Below are positions 56,924 through 64,000 of a stretch of 64,000 bases of DNA, in pieces. The notes beneath the pieces are model-generated. The model had not been told where the DNA came from. It was given only the letters and a program-made list of their open reading frames with translations, and did no database searches. Numbering within the stretch: position 1 is the stretch's first letter; the number at the start of each line of letters is the position of its first letter. Position numbers and translations under genes: made by a program. Source of the DNA: Planctomycetota bacterium (GTDB lineage: Bacteria > Planctomycetota > Phycisphaerae > Phycisphaerales > Phycisphaeraceae). The stretch lies in contig JBCCOW010000010.1 in the NCBI GenBank assembly GCA_039025195.1, positions 7,909 to 71,908 on the forward strand, written 5' to 3'.

Positions 56924-57487
56924 CTAACCGGCGTCACTTGCTAGTAGCGACCGCACCTGTGCATTGCTCATCGCTGTACCCAACTTCCCTTCCATGTACC
57001 GCCACGATATTTCGTGGTGTTCAGCGTCATGGGAGTCGATGCATTCACTGGCAAGGATGATTTCGTAATCTCGCTGGTATGCGTCCACCACTGTGCTGCG
57101 AACACAGGCATGGGTATTGATTCCTGCGATCAGAAGTCGATCGGGTTTCAAACGTGCGAACAGTTTGTCGAGATGTGTGCCAAAGAAAGCGCTGTACCGT
57201 TTCTTGACTACATACGTGTCAGACAACCCTGCTTTTAGTTCAGGCAAGAGCGAAGCGCCCGGGGTGCCTGCCACGACAATGTGTATTCCTTTGGCGCGAA
57301 CTTCACGTGAGGCGTCGCTCAGGTCGGGCATGAACTCTTGTGTTACCCAAATGATATGACTGTCTCCAGCGCGGCAAATCTCCGCAAGCTCATTGGTACA
57401 GTGCGTCAGTTTCGCACGATGGTTCTTCAGTCGCTCATGCCGGAAGAAATCCTCCTGCATATCGATGATTAACAGGACGCTATTCAT
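56924..57487 (-). CDS. Isochorismatase-like cysteine hydrolase
   Basis: The ATG at 57487 gives MNSVLLIIDMQEDF. Catalytic Cys context LLIAGINTHACVRSTVVDA. GC is about 50%. Confidence 0.8.
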   Translation of the reverse strand: MNSVLLIIDMQEDFFRHERLKNHRAKLTHCTNELAEICRAGDSHIIWVTQEFMPDLSDASREVRAKGIHIVVAGTPGASLLPELKAGLSDTYVVKKRYSAFFGTHLDKLFARLKPDRLLIAGINTHACVRSTVVDAYQRDYEIILASECIDSHDAEHHEISWRYMEGKLGTAMSNAQVRSLLASDAG

Positions 57488-57565
57488 GAGTTCTGTGATT
57501 GGACGCCAAATGTTGAAGACTTGGTTGCCGAGAGTACCGAGAGTCGGCATCCGATCTATTCGGGA

Positions 57566-58354
57566 TTATCCATCGCCGGTATCGCCGGTATCGCCGGTCA
57601 ACTGCCGTTGGTGGTGAGTTGTGGCACCGTTGTCGACAGCCGGTCCGAGATAACGGCTGTCTAAAGCGACTTCGCTGACACCCGTTACGGATCGGGAAAC
57701 AATGTATGCGCCTGATTCCGCCCGGGACGATACGACACCGGCGAGTTCTGTTCCGACGTAATACAATGCGACTCCGTCATCCGCAGCTACACCATTCAGC
57801 AGTTGACCTTTGGCCACCATCGCGTGATAGGCGGGGCGACGGTCTGACTCGCCGTCAAAGTGCGGGCAGGCGCTGCCAGGCAGGAATCCAAGGCCGTCGT
57901 TCAGCGCGGCAAGGGGACCAAAGGAGTCGGTCACACCGCCTTCGAACCAACAGATCATGCCAGCACTCAAGCCGGTAAGGATCACGCCGTGCTCCCATGC
58001 TTCTCGAAGGATGCGGTCTACGCCGTGTAGTCGCCAGATGGCGAGCATATTGGCGGTGTTCCCTCCTCCGATATAGATCACTTGCTGCCCCAAGAGAAAG
58101 TCGCGTAGATTCGTTTGTTTACGCTGGAACAAAGCGAGATGAGACGCCTCAGCACGGGCTTTGCGGAATACGAAGTAGAACTTGTCGATGTACCACTGAG
58201 CATCACCGCTCGCGGTGGGCACGAAACAGACACGAGGCCGCTCCACACCGGTCAAGCCGAGTGTGTAGTTGTCCAGAAGTGGTACATCCGGCTCCATGGA
58301 GAAGCCGCCGCCGCCGAGTGCGACGATCTGTTTTTTGATCCGGTGATTTGTCAT
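57566..58354 (-). CDS. Peptidase S51 / type-1 glutamine-amidotransferase-like (dipeptidase E / cyanophycinase family)
   Basis: Starts at the ATG at 58354. Contains IVALGGGGF, IYIGGGNTANML and the nucleophile context LTGLSAGMICWFE. The C-terminus is (TGD)3G. Confidence 0.8.
   Translation of the reverse strand: MTNHRIKKQIVALGGGGFSMEPDVPLLDNYTLGLTGVERPRVCFVPTASGDAQWYIDKFYFVFRKARAEASHLALFQRKQTNLRDFLLGQQVIYIGGGNTANMLAIWRLHGVDRILREAWEHGVILTGLSAGMICWFEGGVTDSFGPLAALNDGLGFLPGSACPHFDGESDRRPAYHAMVAKGQLLNGVAADDGVALYYVGTELAGVVSSRAESGAYIVSRSVTGVSEVALDSRYLGPAVDNGATTHHQRQLTGDTGDTGDG
57572..57598. repeat. 3 x 9-bp perfect tandem repeat ATCGCCGGT (encodes the TGDTGDTGD C-terminal tail)
   Basis: Units at 57572-57580, 57581-57589 and 57590-57598 are identical. 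Confidence 0.9.
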
Positions 58355-58464
58355 TGTGAAGAACCTCACGTCAACCGGTTTTGTACTCGGTTGTCATTGG
58401 GAGTCGACGCCCAACCGATGACCTAATCCCTCGAAGGCGATGCCGGTTAACCGCGTTACACCAT

Positions 58465-60489
58465 TTAGACCGGGGCAGATGTGTCGCCAATGGGTAGAAG
58501 TTCGTCTTCGATGTAGGGGTCGAAGGTGGGTTTGGGGTTGCGGCCGTCGAGGAGGTCGGCGGTGCGTTTGTCGTGACGGAGGCGATCGAGGGTGGCGGCG
58601 TAGCCCATGCGGTGGATGAAGGGGCCCATGCCCCCGGAAGATGAGGTTTCGCCATTCAATCCGGTTTGTGATGGGGATTCCTTGAGGTACCAGTCGAAGA
58701 GGGTGGCGCAGACGTCGGCGACGCGGTCGCGGGGGACCATGGATAGGTAGTGTTTTTCGCCGTCGGTGAGGTAGTGGCCCTGGGTGGAGCCGTCCTCGGA
58801 GCCGCCGAGCTTGAGGGCGTAGTTGTCGCCGCCGGAGCCGACCCAGCCGAGGGTTTTGGTGGCGGGTCGGAAGCATTGTCGTTCGCAGCCGGTGATGCCG
58901 ATGGATTCGGCGAGGTGGCCGTAGCCGCGGTCTTCGAGCTGGTCGAGGAGCTCGGGCTCGAACTGCTCGGAGTCGGTGTAGGAGAGCCGGCAGGTGGGGA
59001 GGCCGACGCAGGCGCCGGAGAGGACGCGGAGGGTGGAGTAGGTTTTGCCGCGGCGGGTGCCGTGGCCGAATTCGGCGAGGCACCCCCGGAAGTCCTCCTT
59101 TGCGTCTTCTTCGATATTCGTAAACAGCAGGTCTTGGTTGGCGGTGACCATGACTTCGGTGCCGGGGAAGCGGTTGAGGGCTTCTTTGATCATGGAACGG
59201 AGGCGGGGGTGGTCGGTGGTCGAAGCCCGGGGGTGGCTACCCCCGGGCTTTAGGGGTTTGTTGCGTTCGGCGGCGAGTTTGTCGGCGTCGATGTAGCGTT
59301 CGTCGACGAGGCGGCCGCACTCGATGTAGGCGCCGTAGGCCCACTTGTTGTTGGACTCTTGGAGGGTCCAGCCGTGGTGCAAATCGCGGATACCGGGGAG
59401 GGCGTCGGGGCCGGTGCCTTCGCAGCGGGGGTCGTTGCCGGAGAAGTCGGCGCCGAGGTTTTTGACTTCGTTGCGGTACCAGTCGATGCCCTGTTTCCAG
59501 ACGACGTATTTCATGCGGGCCCAGACGCGGTTCTTGCGGTCGCCCCATTGCTTGTGGACGTCGACGATGGCGCGGAGGCCGGGGAGGAGTTGATCGGGGG
59601 TGAAGGTGCCGAAGGGCTTGCCGTGGGCGGCGAAGGTGGGCTTGCCTTTTTTCTCGCCCTGGCCGCCGCCGATGTAGACCTGGTAGGCGACGACGTGAGC
59701 GTCGGATCCGGTGCCCTCGACGATGGGGGCGATGCCGATCTCGTTGGTGCGGATTTCGGAGCAGTTGTCGTAGGTGATGCTGCCGGTGTCGGGGTTGCGG
59801 TGGGCGGCGGAGAAGGCGATCTTGAACTTGCGGTTGAGGAGCTGCTTGCCGTAGTCGTATTGGGCGTCGGGGTCGGCGATGTGGTCGGGGTTGACGGCGA
59901 AGACCTGGATGTGGGAGGAAGCGGGGAGGCGGAAGTATTCGCCGAACTGGTGGGCGAGCTCGAAGCTGTTGGCGCCGGGGATGGTGGTGAATTTGGAGAG
60001 GGGGCAGCCCATGACGTTGCGGACGTTGTCGCCGCAGCCGTTGAGGGTGTAGAAGCCGGTGGAGGCGAGTTTCTGGACGAGGGACATGACCTGTGGCTTG
60101 AGGAGCCAGTGGTATTGGATGTTTTGTCGGGTGGTGAGCCGGAGGGAGGGTCGGCCGTAGGGGTTGTGGTCGCAGAACTCGTCGGCGACTTCGTCGAAGA
60201 CGGCCCATTGGTCGCGGGTGAAGGCGCCGCCGCCGGGGATGGTGGCGCGGACCATGTACATCCAGTCTTTTTCGGTGCCGGTTTTGGCGCGGTTGTATTC
60301 GAGGTAGAGGCCGTGGGACTTGGAGAGGAACTCGGACTCTTTTTCGACGTCGGGGGTTTGGTGGTCGCGGTAGCGTTCGGGGAGGGGGCCGACGACGCCG
60401 TTGGAGTTGATTTTGAAGTGCTCGTCGGCGGAGAGCTGGTCGGCGGGGGTGTTGAGGAGGGGTTGGGGGAGTTTGGTGGGGCGGGGCAT
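58465..60489 (-). CDS. Sulfite/nitrite reductase hemoprotein (ferredoxin-dependent sulfite-reductase-like, siroheme/4Fe-4S)
   Basis: 674 aa. NIR_SIR ferredoxin-like and 4Fe-4S/siroheme domains. Cys cluster contexts are NGCGDNVRNVMGCP, GACVGLPTC and ITGCERQC. Confidence 0.88.
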   Translation of the reverse strand: MPRPTKLPQPLLNTPADQLSADEHFKINSNGVVGPLPERYRDHQTPDVEKESEFLSKSHGLYLEYNRAKTGTEKDWMYMVRATIPGGGAFTRDQWAVFDEVADEFCDHNPYGRPSLRLTTRQNIQYHWLLKPQVMSLVQKLASTGFYTLNGCGDNVRNVMGCPLSKFTTIPGANSFELAHQFGEYFRLPASSHIQVFAVNPDHIADPDAQYDYGKQLLNRKFKIAFSAAHRNPDTGSITYDNCSEIRTNEIGIAPIVEGTGSDAHVVAYQVYIGGGQGEKKGKPTFAAHGKPFGTFTPDQLLPGLRAIVDVHKQWGDRKNRVWARMKYVVWKQGIDWYRNEVKNLGADFSGNDPRCEGTGPDALPGIRDLHHGWTLQESNNKWAYGAYIECGRLVDERYIDADKLAAERNKPLKPGGSHPRASTTDHPRLRSMIKEALNRFPGTEVMVTANQDLLFTNIEEDAKEDFRGCLAEFGHGTRRGKTYSTLRVLSGACVGLPTCRLSYTDSEQFEPELLDQLEDRGYGHLAESIGITGCERQCFRPATKTLGWVGSGGDNYALKLGGSEDGSTQGHYLTDGEKHYLSMVPRDRVADVCATLFDWYLKESPSQTGLNGETSSSGGMGPFIHRMGYAATLDRLRHDKRTADLLDGRNPKPTFDPYIEDELLPIGDTSAPV

Positions 60490-60727
60490 GGCGGTTGGTG
60501 GGTGGTGAGGGGTCGGTTTGAGGTGGGGCGGGGCGGGCTGGTTTTTTGCGTTTGGGTCGCAGAAAGGTTGTGTGTGACACGGTTTGTGTCGGATCGTTGA
60601 GTGTAGACGATGGGGTGTGCGTGGGGTAGGGGTTTTGGGGGTTGGAGTTTTCGGACGTGGGGCGGGGCGGGGGAGGGGTTTGGGGGATTGGGCCGATGTT
60701 CACGGGGATATCGATGCGGGTGGATTT

Positions 60728-61663
60728 ATGGAGACGCAAGCGATGAGTCAGGCAGGACAGGTGACGCCGGGGCAGCGGTTGGATGCGATTCTGGCGCCGT
60801 TGCTGGCGGAGCGGGCGGCGTTGGAGGAGGCGGTGGCGGCGGAGGAGGCGAAGATCGCGGCGATCCAGGCGAAGCTGAGCCAGTGCCACGCGGCGATCGG
60901 GACGCTGGCGGGCCAGATGGCGAACACGGTACGAGCGTCGGCGGGGGCGGACCCGGTATTGTCGGCGATCTTTAATCCCCCGGCGACGGTGGTGGGTGGG
61001 CAAGCGGCGGCTCCGGCAGCGCCCGCGGCTCCGGCGGCTCCTTTGGCGACACCCGAACCTGTGCCGGTGGCTCCCGCTGCGGCGACACCCGCCCCACCCG
61101 CCTCACCTGCAGTGGTGCCCGAGCCTGCGGTGCAGGCTGCACCGGTCGCAGCCTCGGCGGCCCCGCCAGTTTCAGCTGCACCGGCACCTGCACCGCCAAT
61201 CGCAGAGCCGGTACCGGCCGCGGTCGCGGCGGCGGCGGCGAGTGTGGTGGTGGATGAAGCGGAGACGGTGGTGGTGGGTGAGCCGGCGGCGGTGGCGGCT
61301 GCTTCGGCTCCGGCGGTGGAACCCGAAGTCGCACCTGCTGTGGCGGAACCGGTTGTCGAGGCCGCTGCGGCTACAGCTGAGCCCGAACCGGTGGCGACGC
61401 CTGCAGAAGCAACGCCTGCGGCCCAACCCGTAACACCTGAAGCTGCGGCTGAGGAAGACGATGCAGACGTGACGCCGGAGGAGGCGGCGATGCTGGCGGA
61501 GATGGGGATGTCAGCGGATGCGTTGTCGGCACAGCTCGCGGCGAACGCGGCGGAGGAGGTTGAGGAGCCGGCACCTGAGACGGCATTGGAGGAGAAGCCG
61601 AAGAACGCGGTAGACCCCGCGGCGCTGGACCGGATCTTGGCGGAGGCGAAGGCGGCGGGATGA
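60728..61663 (+). CDS. Hypothetical Ala/Pro-rich low-complexity protein with N-terminal coiled-coil segment
   Basis: Starts at the ATG at 60728. The ~60-aa helical N-terminus is followed by about 170 aa of A/P/V/E repeats (AAPAAPAAPAAP...) and an acidic C-terminus. Coding status is supported mainly by length and codon bias. Confidence 0.5.
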   Translation: METQAMSQAGQVTPGQRLDAILAPLLAERAALEEAVAAEEAKIAAIQAKLSQCHAAIGTLAGQMANTVRASAGADPVLSAIFNPPATVVGGQAAAPAAPAAPAAPLATPEPVPVAPAAATPAPPASPAVVPEPAVQAAPVAASAAPPVSAAPAPAPPIAEPVPAAVAAAAASVVVDEAETVVVGEPAAVAAASAPAVEPEVAPAVAEPVVEAAAATAEPEPVATPAEATPAAQPVTPEAAAEEDDADVTPEEAAMLAEMGMSADALSAQLAANAAEEVEEPAPETALEEKPKNAVDPAALDRILAEAKAAG

Positions 61664-61718
61664 GTCCGAGTGGTTGGCGGGACGGCTGCGGGTAGGTGTG
61701 CCCGCAGCTAGCTAAAGA

Positions 61719-61748
61719 CAACGCCCGATCGGACTGGATCGGGCGTTG
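61719..61748. terminator. Hairpin between convergent genes (candidate bidirectional terminator)
   Basis: CAACGCCCGATC-GGACTG-GATCGGGCGTTG, a 12-bp perfect stem. A T-run follows 10 nt downstream on the plus strand. Confidence 0.5.
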
Positions 61749-61773
61749 AGCGGTTGGGTTTTTTGATTGTGCG

Positions 61774-62298
61774 TTACGCGGCGGGGGCGAGGCCGAGCTC
61801 GTTCTTGAGCTGTTCGCACCAGTCCTTGACGCGTTGTTCGGTGAGCTCGGGCTGGCAGTCGTCGTCGCAGGCGAGGCCGCAGAACTGGCCGTCGATGATG
61901 CCTTTGGAGGCTTCGAACTCGTGGGTGTCGGGGTCGGTGAAGCCGATCTTGCCTTCGGCACCGCGTTCGAGCATCTTGAGGTAGACGATGCCGAGGGCGT
62001 CCTGGTAGGTGTCGGGGTAGCCGGCCTGATCGCCGGTGCCGAAGAAGGCGACCTTGATGCCGGCCATATCGACCTCGTCGAGCTGGTCGTAGATGTCCTG
62101 CCAGTCGTACTGGATCTCGCCGACGTCCCAGGTGGGGATGCCGCAGAGCAGCAGGTCGTAGCCTTCGAGGTCTTTAGGTTCGATCTGGGAGACGTCTTCG
62201 TAGGTGTCGATGAGGTCTTCGCCGAACTCGTCGCGGATTTGCTCGGCGACGGCTTCGGTTTTGCCGGTGCAGGTGCCGTAGAACAGTCCGATTTTCAT
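61774..62298 (-). CDS. fldA: Long-chain flavodoxin
   Basis: 174 aa. FMN-phosphate loop MKIGLFYGTCTGKTE, then GIPTWDVGE and FFGTGDQAGYPD. Confidence 0.9.
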   Translation of the reverse strand: MKIGLFYGTCTGKTEAVAEQIRDEFGEDLIDTYEDVSQIEPKDLEGYDLLLCGIPTWDVGEIQYDWQDIYDQLDEVDMAGIKVAFFGTGDQAGYPDTYQDALGIVYLKMLERGAEGKIGFTDPDTHEFEASKGIIDGQFCGLACDDDCQPELTEQRVKDWCEQLKNELGLAPAA

Positions 62299-62417
62299 AG
62301 CGTGTTGCTCCTTTGCTGAATGCGAGAGTTTAGGCGGTTGCGATCGGTTTTCAAGCGGTTCTGGGGCATGAACCGGCGATGCGTTGCATTGCGGCGATCA
62401 CGGCTGCGGGGTCTAGG

Positions 62418-63470
62418 TCAGACACGGTGCGGGTGCGGGCCAAACTTGGCCTCATAGAACGGTTGCACGAAAGTGCCAGGGGGTGCGGCTTCGTCGATCT
62501 TGCGGCGGTCGTCGTCGGTGAGCTGGAGATCGAGAGCGGCGAGGTTGTCGGTGAGCTGGTTGAGGGTACGGGGGCCGATGATGGGGCTGGTGATGCCGGG
62601 CTGGTTCATGCACCAGGACAGGGCGACCTGGGAGACGGGGCGGCTGTGGGCATCGGCGATAGCTTCGAGGGTTTCGAGGATGTCGAAGGCGCGGTCGTTG
62701 TCGAGCATGGTGCGGCGGGGGTGGGTGGAGCCTTTGCCGAAGCGGGCGTCGCCGGGGCCGAGGTTGTTGCGTTTGTATTTGCCGGAGAGGAAGCCGCCGG
62801 CGAGGGGGGACCAGGGGATCAGGGCCATGCCGAAGGTCTGGGCCATGGGGATGAGCTCGCGTTCGATGCGGCGGTCGAGGGGGTGGTAGGGGGGTTGCTC
62901 GGTGACGAAGCGGTTGAGGGCGAGTTTTTCGGCGGTCCAGTGGGCTTCGACGAGCTGCCAGGCGGCGAAGGTGGAGGTGCCGAGGTAGCGGACCTTGCCG
63001 GCGGTGACGAGGTCGTCGAGGGCGCGGAGGGTTTCGTCGATAGCGCACTCGGGGTGGGGGCGGTGGATCTGGTAGAGGTCGATGTAGTCGGTTTGGAGGC
63101 GTTTGAGGGAGGCCTCGCACTGCTGAATGATTTGCCTCCGGGAGTTACCGAAGCGGTTGGGGTTGAGTTTGTCCTGGAGGGCGGTGGCTTTGGGATTGCC
63201 GGTGCCTTCTTTGAACATGTTGCCGTGGCACTTGGTGGCGAGGACGATGTGGTCGCGGTGTCCGTTGCGTTTGAGGGCTTCGCCGGTGACGACCTCGGCG
63301 TTGCCGGTGGCGTAGACGTTGGCGTTGTCGAGGAAGTTGACGCCGGCGTCGATGGCGTGGTCGATGATCTGTTGGACTTCGTCGGGGGGCGTGCGGCCGC
63401 CGAACATCATGCAGCCGAGGCAGAGGGGGGAGACGCGGATGCCGGTTCGGCCGAGGTAGCGGTATTCCAT
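62418..63470 (-). CDS. Aldo/keto reductase
   Basis: The ATG at 63470 gives MEYRYLGRTGIRVSPLCLGCMMFG. Contains the DNANVY and YIDLYQIHRP motifs. The 5' extension in the track ORF has no support. Confidence 0.9.
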   Translation of the reverse strand: MEYRYLGRTGIRVSPLCLGCMMFGGRTPPDEVQQIIDHAIDAGVNFLDNANVYATGNAEVVTGEALKRNGHRDHIVLATKCHGNMFKEGTGNPKATALQDKLNPNRFGNSRRQIIQQCEASLKRLQTDYIDLYQIHRPHPECAIDETLRALDDLVTAGKVRYLGTSTFAAWQLVEAHWTAEKLALNRFVTEQPPYHPLDRRIERELIPMAQTFGMALIPWSPLAGGFLSGKYKRNNLGPGDARFGKGSTHPRRTMLDNDRAFDILETLEAIADAHSRPVSQVALSWCMNQPGITSPIIGPRTLNQLTDNLAALDLQLTDDDRRKIDEAAPPGTFVQPFYEAKFGPHPHRV

Positions 63471-63501
63471 GGGTTGCTCGTGCGGTTGTGACGGAGGGCC
63501 T

Positions 63502-63524
63502 GCGACGCGTCGCGTCGCGGCTAG
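63502..63524. repeat. GC-rich palindromic element GCGACGCGTCGCGTCGCGG(T/C)TAG, copy 2
   Basis: Matches 26008-26030 at 22 of 23 positions. It overlaps the stop codon of the upstream membrane-protein gene. Confidence 0.8.
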
Positions 63525-64000
63525 GAGATCGTACTGGGTTGTTTGTGGGTGGCGTCGCGGAGGAGGAGGGTACCGGTGATCGTGAAGACGATGGCGAGGA
63601 TTGTCGCAGCGGTCCACTGGTGGAGGACGAGGGTCATGGGGAGGAGGAAGGTGGAGACCTGCCAGGTGAGGGCGAGGGCGAGTCGGGTGAGGTCGGCGGT
63701 GTGTTCGCGCTGGTCGGGGGCTTTCCAGTCGCGGGGCCAGAGGCCGAGGGGTTTGATCTGGTGGTAGAAGCGTTTCAGTTGGTCGTTGGGGGTGGCGGGG
63801 GCGAGGTAGGTGCCGGCGACGCAGCCGAGGAGTGAGGCGAGGCCGACGGTGGAGAGGGTGAAGATGTCGGTGAACTGGCCATTCTGAATCAGTGGGCCGA
63901 ATTGCTGGAGGGGGATCATTTCACTGCCAGCCAGGGAGTAGTCGTAGAAGCCAAGCGTGGCGGGGCTCTTGACGAAGGTGAGTCCGAAAGCAGCGGCGAA
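63521..64000 (-). CDS. Partial CDS (C-terminal part; 5' end beyond the window): multi-TM transporter, sodium:solute-symporter-like
   Basis: The reading frame stays open from 63919 to the window edge (hand translation ...FAAAFGLTFVKSPATLGFYDYSLAGSEMIPL...). TM segments are hydrophobic. The family call is tentative. Confidence 0.45.
   Translation of the reverse strand, partial: FAAAFGLTFVKSPATLGFYDYSLAGSEMIPLQQFGPLIQNGQFTDIFTLSTVGLASLLGCVAGTYLAPATPNDQLKRFYHQIKPLGLWPRDWKAPDQREHTADLTRLALALTWQVSTFLLPMTLVLHQWTAATILAIVFTITGTLLLRDATHKQPSTIS

Noticed and set aside
55000-58460. Calling the low-GC block a mobile element or genomic island with defined ends.
   Set aside because: No integrase, transposase, flanking direct repeats or adjacent tRNA could be identified; tRNA-Asp is 13 kb away. 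Only the compositional shift and accessory-type content are reported.

Overview
This is a 64-kb chromosomal segment from a high-GC bacterium. Hand counts on sampled lines give about 65-75% GC in most of the window. Gene content points to Planctomycetota, probably Phycisphaerae-like. The supporting genes are a DUF1559/prepilin-type protein, three PEP-CTERM proteins, several Gfo/Idh/MocA oxidoreductases, a formylglycine-type sulfatase, ThuA, DUF2961 and an Hc1-like histone; this taxonomic call is inference from family content only.

Most of the window is core metabolism and envelope or ion homeostasis:
- Core metabolism: guaA, aroB, lipB, lpxA, ahcY, rsmG, pckA, a cobA-hemD fusion, a sulfite/nitrite reductase hemoprotein and flavodoxin.
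- Ion homeostasis: a complete seven-gene mrpABCDEFG Na+/H+ antiporter operon (28.06-34.5 kb) and a CPA2 antiporter fused to a PTS-EIIA(Ntr)-type domain.
- Regulation: an ECF sigma/anti-sigma operon, an ArsR-methyltransferase (SahR-like) regulator next to ahcY, an AraC regulator, a GGDEF cyclase and a PilZ protein.
- RNA genes: one tRNA-Asp(GTC). No rRNA, CRISPR array, integrase or transposase was seen.

The clearly accessory part is about 51.0-58.45 kb, which is lower in GC (about 48-58% on sampled lines) and transcribed entirely on the minus strand. It holds a DUF1559 gene, three PEP-CTERM surface-protein paralogs, a 1.1-kb non-coding gap, and a HAD / isochorismatase-like / S51-peptidase trio.

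The most unusual signal lies in that gap, at 55596-55867. It is a strictly phased tandem array of 13 units of 21 bp. Each unit is built around the palindrome TGACCGGTCA (extended form TTGACCGGTCAA). It is not coding, not CRISPR, and not explained by any annotated feature.

Many long ORFs in the six-frame track are GC-driven antisense or out-of-frame shadows and were not called.
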